Assembly: GCA_039915165.1 (NCBI GenBank)
Contig: JBDSNU010000018.1
Span: 166,617-230,616, forward strand
Direction of reading: 5' to 3'
DNA from: Minisyncoccota bacterium
GTDB lineage: Bacteria; Patescibacteriota; Minisyncoccia; Phycocordibacterales; UBA9973
DNA: 64,000 bases
Of this stretch, positions 40,613 to 50,848 are shown piece after piece. Below the pieces are notes generated by a model. It saw only the letters and a list, made by a program, of their open reading frames with translations. It ran no database searches and had not been told where the DNA came from. The position numbers were made by a program, and so were the translations under genes. The number at the start of each line of letters is the position of its first letter. Within the stretch, counting starts at the first letter, position 1.

Positions 40613-41251
40613 ATGAGAAAAGAAAAAATAACAACAGGAGAGTATTATCATATTTATAATAGAGGTATACATAAACAAACGATATTTCATGATCGTTCGG
40701 ATTATGCACGCTTTCTTTTTCTTGTGCTCTATTTTCAATCAGAAGTAATTTTAAAGAATGTCTCGAGGATGATTATTGGATATTTGAAAAATATGTACTT
40801 TTCTATACAAAATAAAGATTTACAAGAAATACTTCATCATAAAACAATTGAAATAATTGCATTTTGTATTATGCCAAATCATTTTCACATTCTGATTAAA
40901 CAATTAAAAGATGACGGTACTTCATCATATATGCACCGCGTACTGGGAGGGTATTCAAGATACTATAACAATAAATATGGTACAACTGGGCATATATTTC
41001 AAGCAACATACAAATCTGTACTCGTAAAAAATAATATTCAACTGCTCTACCTAACAGCATATATTCATAGAAATCCTCGCTCGCTATCTCTTTGGTATGG
41101 AAAAGAATTGCAGTATGAATGGTCTAGTTATCAAGATTATTGTGGAACTAATCGGTTTGGCGAGCTTGTATTATTCTCTGTTATCCTCAATCAATTTCAT
41201 CTTAAAAGCGCATACTATTCATTTGTTGAATCAAGTCCCGCAAAAGAGTAA
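40613..41251 (+). CDS. REP-associated tyrosine (HUH/Y1) transposase, RAYT
   Basis: YYHIYNRG, FCIMPNHFHIL (HUH), YIHRNP, WSSY; flanked by REPs. Confidence 0.92.
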   Translation: MRKEKITTGEYYHIYNRGIHKQTIFHDRSDYARFLFLVLYFQSEVILKNVSRMIIGYLKNMYFSIQNKDLQEILHHKTIEIIAFCIMPNHFHILIKQLKDDGTSSYMHRVLGGYSRYYNNKYGTTGHIFQATYKSVLVKNNIQLLYLTAYIHRNPRSLSLWYGKELQYEWSSYQDYCGTNRFGELVLFSVILNQFHLKSAYYSFVESSPAKE

Positions 41252-41275
41252 TGTGCGTTGCTAAGCAAAGCACAT
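41251..41275. repeat. REP downstream of RAYT
   Basis: ATGTGCGTTGCTAAGCAAAGCACAT, exact reverse complement of 40588-40612. Confidence 0.85.
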
Positions 41276-41347
41276 CCTATGGAGGTTTTTGTTTTCTTGA
41301 CTAAAAAACTGACAATGGTAAGGTGAAGAAAACAAAAAATTACCACT

Positions 41348-41701
41348 ATGGCAGACTTGAAAAAAGTAGTACTGAAAGAATACTCTGATCGGATTATAAA
41401 ATTTGTTCCTTCGGATGAAATCAATGGATGTAGTGAAATCATCCCAGATCAAAAAACAAAAGTTGTTGTACACGAAAAAACGTACCGAGGTGAATCTATA
41501 TATGATCCTGGGTTGGAAGATAGTGTAAAAGTCAGAAATATTACCGCAGCAGACGTTGCTGCTATTCTGGCAAACAATGGAGAATGTTTTGTCCAAGTTA
41601 ATCACAATGGAGAATTACGAATGCCTAGTAATGGTTCTGGTCGCAAAATGCTGGTGATACATTTAACCAAGGAAGTAGTTACTGAAGGTCTTGCTAGTTA
41701 A
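41348..41701 (+). CDS. hypothetical protein
   Basis: ORF with upstream TTGACT promoter-like box and downstream hairpin. Confidence 0.55.
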   Translation: MADLKKVVLKEYSDRIIKFVPSDEINGCSEIIPDQKTKVVVHEKTYRGESIYDPGLEDSVKVRNITAADVAAILANNGECFVQVNHNGELRMPSNGSGRKMLVIHLTKEVVTEGLAS

Positions 41702-41746
41702 CTGTGTACTAAACCCTCGCTATTCGTAGTGGGGGTTTTATTATTG

Positions 41747-41819
41747 AGCCGTTGATCGGGATTGAACCGATGACCTCATTCTTACCATGAATGTGCTCTA
41801 CCAACTGAGCTACAACGGC
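41747..41819 (-). tRNA. tRNA-Thr(GGT)
   Basis: GCCGTTG/CAACGGC acceptor, CATTC-ATGGTAA-GAATG anticodon arm, GTTCAATC T-loop. Confidence 0.95.
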
Positions 41820-41990
41820 GAGCGAAAGATATTCAGGAGCTTGCTCATGGAATATCAGAGCGAAGCCGTTGCAGTGATAGCTACAACGGCAGACTAATAC
41901 TACCTACTTCCTCGCTCCTAAAAGATACCACGACTAATAAAAAACGCCACTTATTTTTAATAAGTGGCGTTGTCTGTTTTAGCTAACGAT

Positions 41991-42566
41991 TTAATAATCG
42001 ATAGCAAAGGACTTTGCGGCCTGAAACACTGAATACTTTCGCCGTTGTAAAAGTTTCCGGTCTTTTAGAAAAACTTTTACTAACGCAAATGCTTCATATA
42101 CCACAGAGCGCCAATACTTTCTAGTCGGTGCCCCAACAAAGTGGATAGTAAATCCACCAATCAGTGACCAAATGTACTCAATCCTTATTTGATGTGTTTT
42201 TGAGGAAACAACAAATAATTCATCCACATTGAGCTCTTCCAGGAATAGGGCAGTAGCAAGGCTTTCATTTGAGGTGTTCCACACATCAGGTCCGATTAGA
42301 GTGATAGTAGGAATGTAACTAATACTGCCATTGTTGTACAGTGCCGTCAGATCAGATTGTAGTCGATCTCCCGTTAGTGCTTTCAATTGAGGATAACTGG
42401 CGTAAATAGGATGACTGCCCGCAGCAAGCAAAATTTCGAATCGATACTCAGTATGAGTAGTGATGAAACCCCGTAGCTCTTTTTTGCGGAATAAACTTTC
42501 GAGACCCAAACGGGTTCCTTTATAGCAGGTATCCCCGCCATAAAGAAGAATATAGGTTTTTTTCAA
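41991..42566 (-). CDS. YdcF/DUF218-like protein
   Basis: WNTSNES, VVSSKTHQIR motifs. Confidence 0.55.
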   Translation of the reverse strand: MKKTYILLYGGDTCYKGTRLGLESLFRKKELRGFITTHTEYRFEILLAAGSHPIYASYPQLKALTGDRLQSDLTALYNNGSISYIPTITLIGPDVWNTSNESLATALFLEELNVDELFVVSSKTHQIRIEYIWSLIGGFTIHFVGAPTRKYWRSVVYEAFALVKVFLKDRKLLQRRKYSVFQAAKSFAIDY

Positions 42567-42665
42567 GCGGTAATTTTTTCTTAAGATTACAACATTTTAC
42601 GTTATTGTCAATAAAATTTGTCAGATAGCATTGATCACGGTAAAGTTAAGAAAAATATAATAATT

Positions 42666-43037
42666 ATGAGTAGTGTACAAACTGTAAGTAGGTTGCCCGG
42701 TTCAAGTAAAACCACAGCGGAGCTCAAATCTTTTTTGTTGAAATTTTATTCGACATATAAACGATTTAACAATGCTGGTAATGCAGCACAGCAAAAAAAG
42801 TTTAATGAAATTGTTGTTGTGCTCAATCGTGTAGCAAAAAATGCCAAGCTTGATGAGATTGATTCCATTTACTGGAATGAAGAGTCCTTATTGGTATCTG
42901 AGGTTTTTATGTCATCAGGGGATGCACGGACTGCTGTCATTGGTTTTTATCGCGTTTACAGGATTACCTCTTGGGGTGATGAAAACGATGCCATTTTGCT
43001 CGATGACTTGTTGCAATCACCGCTACTGAAACTGTAA
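42666..43037 (+). CDS. hypothetical protein
   Basis: ORF followed by a hairpin. Confidence 0.5.
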   Translation: MSSVQTVSRLPGSSKTTAELKSFLLKFYSTYKRFNNAGNAAQQKKFNEIVVVLNRVAKNAKLDEIDSIYWNEESLLVSEVFMSSGDARTAVIGFYRVYRITSWGDENDAILLDDLLQSPLLKL

Positions 43038-43119
43038 ATGTAAAATGGGCCCCGTAAAAGGGGCTTTTTACTACATGGGCTTTATTTTTTTCAAATTTCA
43101 TGTATAATTGCGGTTCATT

Positions 43120-44922
43120 ATGGAAATCAGAAACATTGCAATTATTGCGCACGTTGACCACGGCAAAACAACATTAACTGACAAAATGCTCGCATTTTGT
43201 GGTGAAATCTTGGATGGCGGATCAATGGACTCAAACCAAATTGAACGTGAACGCGGCATTACTATTTATGCAAAAAACACCGCTGTAACGTACAAGGGAA
43301 CAAAAATTAATATTGTGGACACACCAGGACACGCCGACTTCGGTTCAGAAGTTGAACGTGTGCTTCGATCTATCGACTCTGTGTTGTTGATCGTGGATGC
43401 CCAAGAAGGCCCAATGCCTCAAACACGCTTCGTATTGAAGAAATCACTCGAACTCGGTCTTAAGCCAATCGTAGTGATCAACAAAATCGACAAGCCAGGT
43501 TCAGACACTGCTGCTACTCATGATGCAGTATTTGAATTGTTCATGGAACTTGGTGCGAACGACGAACAGCTCGACTTCACTACTGTGTATGCTATCGGTC
43601 GCGATGGTGTTGCAATGATCAAGCCAGAAGACGAACGCAAAGACCTTAGTCCTTTGTTCGATACTATTCTTGAAAAAGTTACTGTTGCTGCAAATGATAC
43701 CTCAAAGGCATTCCGTATGCAGGCATTTAACCTTGCATATGATAACTTCCTCGGACGTTTGGCTGTTGGCCGCGTGTACGAAGGCATCGTGAAGGCTGGA
43801 GACACTGTATACATCCAAAGTGAAGGCGCAGAAACTCGTACTGCAAAAATTACAAAATTGTTTACATTCCACGGCTTTACTCGTGAAGAAGGAACACAAG
43901 CAGAAGCGGGCGACATTGTTATGCTTGCTGGTATTCCAGACATCTTTATTGGTGAAACTATCAGTACTATAAAAGAAATGGAATTGCTTCCAGCGATTAC
44001 TATCGATGAACCTACTATCGTATTGGACTTCTTGGTTAACAACTCTCCATTTGCTGGTAAAGAAGGGAAGTTCGTTACTTCTCGTCAGATCCGCGAACGT
44101 CTAGAACGCGAGCTTGAAGTGAACGTTGGCTTGAAGGTTGATTTCTCTTCAGATGAAAACCGTATTGCTGAAGGGTTCAAAGTATTTGGACGTGGCGAAA
44201 TGCACATCGCCGTATTGCTTGAAACAATGCGTCGTGAAGGATATGAAATCCAGATCTCACAGCCACAGGTTATTATCAAAGATATCGATGGTGTGAAGAG
44301 TGAACCGTTTGAAGAAGTTACTATCGATGCTCCCGCTGACCACCAAGGAGTGATCATTGAAAAGCTTGGTATGCGCGGATTCATCATGGCTGACATGAAC
44401 CTCAAGAACTCAACAGTTCGTATGGTATTCACTGGTCCTACTCGTGGATTGCTCGGTTACCGTAACCAGTTCCTCGTGGACACAAAGGGTGAAGGTATCA
44501 TGTCATCACGTGTTCTTGGCTTCAAGAAATACGCTGGTGAAATTACTCGTCGTCAGGTTGGTTCTATGATTTCAATGGAATCAGGTAAGGCATTGGCCTT
44601 CGCACTCTGGGGTCTTCAGGATCGCGGCGTACTGTACATCACTCCTACAACAGAAGTGTATGAAGGTATGGTGATCGGTAACACTTCTAAGGGTGAAGAA
44701 ATGAAAGTGAACCCAACTAAGGGTAAGCAGCTTACTAACATGCGTGCATCAGGTTCTGATGAAGCGGTGACTATCATTCCACCATGGATCATGACTATCG
44801 AACGCGGACTTGAAGTAATGATGGATGATGAATTCCTAGAAGTTACTCCATTGTCAGTTCGTCTCCGTAAACAATTCTTGAACGATACAGAGCGCACAAA
44901 AGCTCGCCGTCCAAAACAATAA
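43120..44922 (+). CDS. typA: translational GTPase TypA/BipA
   Basis: [31 protein letters not shown]-terminal [11 protein letters not shown]. Confidence 0.98.
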   Translation: MEIRNIAIIAHVDHGKTTLTDKMLAFCGEILDGGSMDSNQIERERGITIYAKNTAVTYKGTKINIVDTPGHADFGSEVERVLRSIDSVLLIVDAQEGPMPQTRFVLKKSLELGLKPIVVINKIDKPGSDTAATHDAVFELFMELGANDEQLDFTTVYAIGRDGVAMIKPEDERKDLSPLFDTILEKVTVAANDTSKAFRMQAFNLAYDNFLGRLAVGRVYEGIVKAGDTVYIQSEGAETRTAKITKLFTFHGFTREEGTQAEAGDIVMLAGIPDIFIGETISTIKEMELLPAITIDEPTIVLDFLVNNSPFAGKEGKFVTSRQIRERLERELEVNVGLKVDFSSDENRIAEGFKVFGRGEMHIAVLLETMRREGYEIQISQPQVIIKDIDGVKSEPFEEVTIDAPADHQGVIIEKLGMRGFIMADMNLKNSTVRMVFTGPTRGLLGYRNQFLVDTKGEGIMSSRVLGFKKYAGEITRRQVGSMISMESGKALAFALWGLQDRGVLYITPTTEVYEGMVIGNTSKGEEMKVNPTKGKQLTNMRASGSDEAVTIIPPWIMTIERGLEVMMDDEFLEVTPLSVRLRKQFLNDTERTKARRPKQ

Positions 44923-44924
44923 GG

Positions 44925-44953
44925 TTGACGTTTCGTCGCAGAGGAAATATACT
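44925..44953 (+). promoter_or_regulatory. sigma70-like promoter
   Basis: TTGACG-17 nt-TATACT with no downstream + strand ORF. Confidence 0.7.
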
Positions 44954-44959
44954 CTCAAC

Positions 44960-45042
44960 GTACTACACCTTCGGGTTTGCCCTGACAACATCAGGGAGAA
45001 TTATAAAAAAGCTGTTAGAATAAATTTCTAACAGCTTTTTTT
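44960..45042 (+). ncRNA. candidate ~80-nt sRNA overlapping the toxin 3' end in antisense
   Basis: lies between the promoter and terminator GCTGTTAGAA-TAAAT-TTCTAACAGC-T7; internal hairpins ACC-TTCG-GGT and CCCTGA-CAACA-TCAGGG. Confidence 0.5.
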
Positions 45043-45401
45043 ATTACCTCAAAAGTAACTTTATCTAGCATTGTTATTTTGTTGGTAAATCGTTTTGCAT
45101 CAATGAGACGAATTTGAGATATAGCAGCATATGTTTCTTTTCTATCAATAATCCCAATTGAGATGCGGTAAAAGCTCTCATTCCCAGCCGTTGTAAGAGG
45201 GACTACAAAACACATATCGGGCCCAAACTTTTTAATGATTAAAACAGGTCTCTCATAGTTACTACCCTTACCGTCTATTTCGATTCCGATATTAATGCCA
45301 AGTGATGTCCACCAAATGTCGCGGAGATGATAAAATTTAGTTTTTCTAGAATTAATATATTTCTTCTTTTTATTCCAAGAATCAAAATCCTTTTCGGTCA
45401 T
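45015..45401 (-). CDS. PemK/MazF family toxin (orphan)
   Basis: KDFDSWN...DIWWTSLGINIG.E.DGKG...RPVLII...VVPLTT...SQIRLIDAKR. Confidence 0.9.
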   Translation of the reverse strand: MTEKDFDSWNKKKKYINSRKTKFYHLRDIWWTSLGINIGIEIDGKGSNYERPVLIIKKFGPDMCFVVPLTTAGNESFYRISIGIIDRKETYAAISQIRLIDAKRFTNKITMLDKVTFEVIKKAVRNLF

Positions 45402-45534
45402 TTTAAGATTGTATCTCTTCGCTCATTAAGAATAATAAAAGAGAAGATAAAGTACATCTTTAATTTAAAGCTCGCCGTCCAAAACAATAAGAAAAAGGCC
45501 GACAGATGTCGGCCTTTTGTGTGGGTGAGAAACA

Positions 45535-45882
45535 TTACATAAGATAGTGATCTTCTGTACTGCGTTGCCAGCGGTCTTTAATTTTTTTAAAAAAGTAATC
45601 CTTTTTGTTTATTTGTAATTTAACAGCCGGGATGAACGGATGAACACATACTATATACGAATGTTTATTATAGCCGTGTTTTATAATGAGAGCTTCCACT
45701 GCTGATGCGGCATGGTCATTATCTACATTATTAAGGCAATAAGGAACCCATATACCAATGAATACATCTAGGGTTACAGCGGTACGAAATGATCGAATAG
45801 TAATATAGAGCACTATGCCTACTATAAGTACTGCAATACTAATCCAACGTAATATTTCCATATTTTTTCTTTTTTGCAACAT
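45535..45882 (-). CDS. hypothetical membrane protein
   Basis: ORF with N-terminal TM. Confidence 0.45.
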   Translation of the reverse strand: MLQKRKNMEILRWISIAVLIVGIVLYITIRSFRTAVTLDVFIGIWVPYCLNNVDNDHAASAVEALIIKHGYNKHSYIVCVHPFIPAVKLQINKKDYFFKKIKDRWQRSTEDHYLM

Positions 45883-45913
45883 TACAATTTTTCTGCTAGT
45901 ATGTCAACTGATT

Positions 45914-46621
45914 ATGAACGAGAAGCGACTCAAAGAATTTTGGAATAGAGAATATAGAGACCCGGAATTTTTCGCATTGTCGGAAGAAGCTAGTTCTGAT
46001 TTGCAGAAGTTTACTCGTTGGGCGATGAAAGAATATGGGAGAGATGTGTTGCGCCCTGAGATTACCGTGCTTGATGCTGGTTGTGGTAATGGTCGCAATT
46101 TGCTGTGGATGAATAAAATGTTCCACATGAAGGGTACTGGCTTTGATATCTCTGAAGTAGCGATCGCACAGGCAGCAAAGAATGCTGAGCTTCAGCAGTT
46201 TGGCAACAAGCTCATTTTTAAGGTGCACTCTATTGCACTAGATATTCCATTGCCAGATGAGTCTGTAGACTTCGTGCTCGATATGATGACCTCTCACTTT
46301 TTAAAAGAAAAAGAACGCGCGATTTATTTCAAAGAAGTTGCTCGCGTATTGAAACCACAAGGTGTGTTATTTTTTAAATCATTCTTTATGGAGGGTGATC
46401 AACATGCCAAGGACTTGGTAAAAAATGAAAGTGCTGGCGAACATAATGCCTACATCCACCCACGTTTGAAAGTGTACGAATATGTTTGGACTGATGAAGC
46501 ATTGCACGAAACATTTGGTGATCAATTCATCATGATGCACCGCGAACTTTCTCATAAACACAATATTCGCGGCAAGCCAAATAAGCGTCGATCAGTAGTG
46601 TGTTATTTCGAAAAGAAATAA
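45914..46621 (+). CDS. class I SAM-dependent methyltransferase
   Basis: VLDAGCGNGRN, GFDIS, RVLKPQG. Confidence 0.9.
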   Translation: MNEKRLKEFWNREYRDPEFFALSEEASSDLQKFTRWAMKEYGRDVLRPEITVLDAGCGNGRNLLWMNKMFHMKGTGFDISEVAIAQAAKNAELQQFGNKLIFKVHSIALDIPLPDESVDFVLDMMTSHFLKEKERAIYFKEVARVLKPQGVLFFKSFFMEGDQHAKDLVKNESAGEHNAYIHPRLKVYEYVWTDEALHETFGDQFIMMHRELSHKHNIRGKPNKRRSVVCYFEKK

Positions 46622-46645
46622 AAAGCCTCGTGGTATACTAATCAC

Positions 46646-47149
46646 ATGAAAAACAGTCGCGGCTTCACTCTCATTGAGCTATTGGTAGTTATTGCTATTA
46701 TCGGTATCTTGGCATCGGTAGTCTTGAGCTCTCTTAGTACAGCGCGCATCAAGGGGCGAGATGCCAGAAGGCTCTCAGATATGCATCAACTACAGATAGC
46801 ACTTGAAATGTATTATAGTCAATATGGTGTATATCCAGTCGGTAATGCGGGCAGTGATCGATCAGAATGGATCAACAGTAATGGATACGGCGCGCTCAAT
46901 CCACTCGGTGCTTTGATAGACAATTCAATGATTCCTAAACTTCCGTATGACCCGGGTACTAATGGATACAAAGGACCTAGTGGTTGTGGCGGTGCGCAAT
47001 TTTATTCTTATTGGTCTGATGGTACCAATTATTTACTTGGTGCAGTGCAAGAAATGAAAGATCATTCAGGATGTACACAAATTGGTAACTGGAATGGGCC
47101 TGCAGATGCAAACTACACCTATCAATACTACATCCGCGTAGGCGTATAA
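46646..47149 (+). CDS. type IV pilin / GspG-like pseudopilin
   Basis: RG|FTLIELLVVIAIIGILAS, RDARRLSD...ALEMYY...YP, LPYDP. Confidence 0.9.
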   Translation: MKNSRGFTLIELLVVIAIIGILASVVLSSLSTARIKGRDARRLSDMHQLQIALEMYYSQYGVYPVGNAGSDRSEWINSNGYGALNPLGALIDNSMIPKLPYDPGTNGYKGPSGCGGAQFYSYWSDGTNYLLGAVQEMKDHSGCTQIGNWNGPADANYTYQYYIRVGV

Positions 47150-47190
47150 ATAAAAATCCTCCCAATTACGGGAGGTGTTTTTTTGTGTTC

Positions 47191-47418
47191 TCATACCAAT
47201 CTTTTTTTAAGTAAGGAAAGGTACATTCGCCATTTTCTAACAAAATCTAACAGGTCGATTTCTTGATTGGTGATAATGACTACACCGGACTCAGGGCATC
47301 CTTCGCAGGCTACCGGCTCTGTGGTGCCATTAACAATCTCGATACCGGCGAGAAATAATGTTTTTAAAAATTTCCGGTTTTTAAGTAATCCTCGGTCGCG
47401 AAATGAATATATTCTCAT
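47191..47418 (-). CDS. hypothetical protein
   Basis: short ORF with upstream TTGACT promoter-like box. Confidence 0.4.
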   Translation of the reverse strand: MRIYSFRDRGLLKNRKFLKTLFLAGIEIVNGTTEPVACEGCPESGVVIITNQEIDLLDFVRKWRMYLSLLKKRLV

Positions 47419-47514
47419 GATGGTTAAGTTTTCTTTACTATAACGAACTATTAAATAAAGTCAACAAATGAAAAGCCCCTAACCACATTGTATGGTTAAG
47501 GGAAGGAGGTACGG

Positions 47515-48072
47515 TCATGCAGCCTGTTTGCTCTGTACTACAATCGGTAGTTGCAAAATTTGAGCAAGGTGGGGAAATTTTGCAACCAACATATGCAACT
47601 TAAGCAACATCTTTTTTTGCAGAGAAAGAATTTCTCTCCCTTCGAGAAATGCCAGGCCTTTTTTAGTAAGAAAAGTCTTGTTACTAAAATAGCCAAGCTG
47701 AGATTGATGTGGAGAGATAATTAATTCTAACTCCTGTTTGCCGTTGAAGTAGATCCTCCGTTTTACCAAAAGATGTACATAGGAAAACTTAGACTGTTGC
47801 GCTTCAATCAAAAGGTTTTCAGGAATGTTTTTCATTTGATGTAGTCGATGGTCGACAACCAATTTGTTAGAAAGATCTTTTCTTAACAGAAAAAAGCGTG
47901 ATGGGCACACCCTCATGTGCGCAACTTTAATTATTGCCGTACATGGATAATCAACATATGGCTGGCTCTTGTCATATTCAAAGATTGAATCGACCATGCT
48001 TACCGTTTTGAGAATGGTTTCTGAAGAAAAAGCGATGTTTGTTTTCTCGTAATCTAAATAGTTTTTTCTCAT
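47515..48072 (-). CDS. hypothetical protein
   Basis: ORF. Confidence 0.5.
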   Translation of the reverse strand: MRKNYLDYEKTNIAFSSETILKTVSMVDSIFEYDKSQPYVDYPCTAIIKVAHMRVCPSRFFLLRKDLSNKLVVDHRLHQMKNIPENLLIEAQQSKFSYVHLLVKRRIYFNGKQELELIISPHQSQLGYFSNKTFLTKKGLAFLEGREILSLQKKMLLKLHMLVAKFPHLAQILQLPIVVQSKQAA

Positions 48073-48156
48073 GATTAAGGAATTTTTTACCAGTATGCAA
48101 CAGAACAGTTTCAAAGTAAAGAACTCCAGCGGTGATTTATTTGGTACAGTATTGAG

Positions 48157-49038
48157 GTGAATAAAGAGGCTATAAATGAACGGATTGAGACAATTGAAAC
48201 TGCTATGGCCGGCGGAGATTTTTGGAATGACAAAAATGCTGCTCAGGCTATGATCAAAGAGTTACAAGAACTAAAGGATTCTTTGGAAGGGTTAGGTAAG
48301 TACGACAAAGGTAATGCAGTCATAAATATTTATGCCGGTGCAGGCGGCGATGACTCTGAAGATTTTGTTGGTATGTTGTTTACGATGTACATGCGGTATG
48401 CAGAAAAAAAGGGCTGGCACATTGCCTCAATGGAACAACATGCCAATGATCAAGGAGGGTATCGCAATATGACTTTTGCTGTTGAAGGAAAACGAGCGTA
48501 CGGTACGCTGAAAAATGAATCAGGAGTACATCGACTGATTCGCATTTCACCGTTTAATGCAAACGGTAAACGCCAGACATCCTTTGCAATGGTGGAAGTG
48601 ATTCCTGAATTTTCAAAAGCTGATACGGAAATAATTATTCCGGCTGATGACTTAGAATTTTCATTTGCTCGTTCAGGTGGACCCGGTGGACAAAATGTTA
48701 ACAAGCGAGAAACAGCCGTGCGTATTGTACACAAACCAACAGGGCTCTCTGTTCATACTACAAGCGAACGCAGTCAGGAACAAAATAAAGAAAAAGCAAT
48801 GGATTTATTGAAAGGTAAATTGTATAAGCGACAAGAAGAAATCCGTAAGGCTTCAGAACAAGGTATGCAGATTTCTAAAACCACAGAAAATGAATGGGGT
48901 AGTCAGATCCGCACCTACACACTGCATCCTGATAAGCGAGTGAAGGACCACCGTACTGGTGTCGAAATAAATAATGCAGAAGCAGTGCTTGAACGTGGGG
49001 ATATTGATGAGTTTATCGAAGCGGAATCCTTCCTTTAG
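48157..49038 (+). CDS. prfB: peptide chain release factor 2 (short form)
   Basis: SPF peptide anticodon, [18 protein letters not shown]; upstream of ftsEX. Confidence 0.93.
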   Translation: MNKEAINERIETIETAMAGGDFWNDKNAAQAMIKELQELKDSLEGLGKYDKGNAVINIYAGAGGDDSEDFVGMLFTMYMRYAEKKGWHIASMEQHANDQGGYRNMTFAVEGKRAYGTLKNESGVHRLIRISPFNANGKRQTSFAMVEVIPEFSKADTEIIIPADDLEFSFARSGGPGGQNVNKRETAVRIVHKPTGLSVHTTSERSQEQNKEKAMDLLKGKLYKRQEEIRKASEQGMQISKTTENEWGSQIRTYTLHPDKRVKDHRTGVEINNAEAVLERGDIDEFIEAESFL

Positions 49039-49076
49039 TGTTCAGGATCTTATGAGCCGTGCTATAATGAAAACTC

Positions 49077-49757
49077 ATGATTAAGTTTGTAAACGTATCA
49101 AAGGCATATCCCAACGGCTCAGTAGCATTGGAAAATGTAAATCTTGAAATCGGCAAAGGCGAGTTCGTTACTATTGTTGGACCTTCTGGTGCCGGAAAAA
49201 CCACATTGAACAAATTGATGTTGGCTGAAGAAGAACCAACTGAAGGCTCTATCTTATTTGAGAATGACGATATCAATACTTTTAATAGTGGACAAATCAC
49301 ACGCCTACGACGTCGCATTGGTACAGTTTTCCAGGAATTCCGCTTATTGCCCAATAAAACTGCATATGAAAATATTGCATTCGCTATGGAGGCAGCAGGT
49401 AAGAGTGATGAAGAAATTGTTTCTGATGTTCCTCATGTGTTACAGCTCGTTGATCTTCAAGATCGTATGTTCCATTTCCCAGGACAGTTATCCGGTGGTG
49501 AGAAACAACGCCTGGCTATTGCTCGCGCTATTATCAATCAACCAGAGGTGTTGATTGCTGACGAACCAACAGGTAACCTCGACTCTCGCAATACTGCAGA
49601 GGTGATTGAGATTTTGAAAAAGATTAACGATTTAGGAACTACCGTTGTGCTTACTACTCATGATCCACAATTGATTAAAGCAGTAGGGCAGCGTATTATC
49701 AGTATGGAGCGAGGGCGTGTAGTTGGGGATGACTCAAAGGCACAAACTACTATATAA
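49077..49757 (+). CDS. ftsE: cell division ABC ATPase FtsE
   Basis: GPSGAGKTT, LRRRIGTVFQEFRLL, LSGGEKQR, ADEPTGNLD. Confidence 0.93.
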   Translation: MIKFVNVSKAYPNGSVALENVNLEIGKGEFVTIVGPSGAGKTTLNKLMLAEEEPTEGSILFENDDINTFNSGQITRLRRRIGTVFQEFRLLPNKTAYENIAFAMEAAGKSDEEIVSDVPHVLQLVDLQDRMFHFPGQLSGGEKQRLAIARAIINQPEVLIADEPTGNLDSRNTAEVIEILKKINDLGTTVVLTTHDPQLIKAVGQRIISMERGRVVGDDSKAQTTI

Positions 49758-49768
49758 TACCTATACAT

Positions 49769-50692
49769 ATGTTTTGGATCAGACTAAAAAGAGTAATAAA
49801 AGCAGGATGGATTAATTTCCGTCGTAACAGCGTAGTGTCGTATGCTGCAATTTTGGTAACAACTATTACGCTTACTGTGGTTACTGCACTATTTTTATTC
49901 CAAGCAATTTTGAATGCATCTATTGCAAATATTCAAAGCAAAGTTGATATCGCTGTTTATTTCACTATCAATGCTCCTGAAGATCAGATTCTTAACCTAG
50001 AAGCCACATTACAAAACCTTCCTGAAGTTGCTTCAGTGAATTATGTTTCTGCTGATCAGCAAGTATTGGCATTCCGTGATCGTCACAACAATGACTATTT
50101 AACACTGCAGGCACTCGACGAGTTGGGAGATAATCCTTTTGGTGGATTGCTGCAAATCACAGCCAAGGATTCAAGTCAGTATGAGTCAATTGCTCAGGTA
50201 CTCGAAGGTACTACTGATATTGCAAAAGAAAATTCTCAGATCATTTCACGTATCAACTATTCTCAAAACAAGCAGGTGATTGATCGTTTGAACTCACTTA
50301 TTTTCAATGCACGTCGCGTAGGATTGATCCTTACACTAGTATTATCTCTTGTCTCGATCATTATCATGTTTACTACTATTCGCTTGGCTATCTATATGGC
50401 TCGTGAAGAAATCGGTATCATGAAACTTGTGGGTGCAAGTGGTGCATATGTACGCGCACCATTCCTTGTTCAAGGGTTACTCTACGGTGCATTTGCCTGG
50501 GTAGTAACGAACATTATTTTCTTCCCATTAACCTACCTAGCAAGCGTGAAGCTCAGCGGCCTAATCGGCATCGACCTTTATGCCTACTATGTCAGTCACT
50601 TCTTCTCAGTAAGTGGTCTAGTTCTCGTGATTGGATTGCTACTCGGATTGATTTCTAGTCTGCTCTCAGTAAGACGTTACCTGAATGTGTAA
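49769..50692 (+). CDS. ftsX: cell division permease FtsX
   Basis: 4 TM, EIGIMKLVGAS...RAPFLVQG. Confidence 0.93.
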   Translation: MFWIRLKRVIKAGWINFRRNSVVSYAAILVTTITLTVVTALFLFQAILNASIANIQSKVDIAVYFTINAPEDQILNLEATLQNLPEVASVNYVSADQQVLAFRDRHNNDYLTLQALDELGDNPFGGLLQITAKDSSQYESIAQVLEGTTDIAKENSQIISRINYSQNKQVIDRLNSLIFNARRVGLILTLVLSLVSIIIMFTTIRLAIYMAREEIGIMKLVGASGAYVRAPFLVQGLLYGAFAWVVTNIIFFPLTYLASVKLSGLIGIDLYAYYVSHFFSVSGLVLVIGLLLGLISSLLSVRRYLNV

Positions 50693-50848
50693 TTAAAAAG
50701 ACCTCACTATGAGGTCTTTTTAATTACTGCAGTGTTGCTGAGGCTGCTGGATCACATTAGACCCAGACGACCTGACTGATTGAAGAATTCTGGAACTTCG
50801 CTGTTGACAGGATGTAGATAAAACGTAGTATGAAGAAAAAACATCAAT

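Larger units (their letters stand above)
44899..45491. mobile_element. mini-island bounded by a 25-bp direct repeat of the typA 3' end
   Basis: AAAGCTCGCCGTCCAAAACAATAAG at 44899-44923 and 45467-45491. Confidence 0.8.

Noticed and set aside
43518-44897. Long antisense ORFs over typA (similar ones over pil genes, ligA and the helicase)
   Set aside because: Antisense shadows of conserved genes caused by codon bias.
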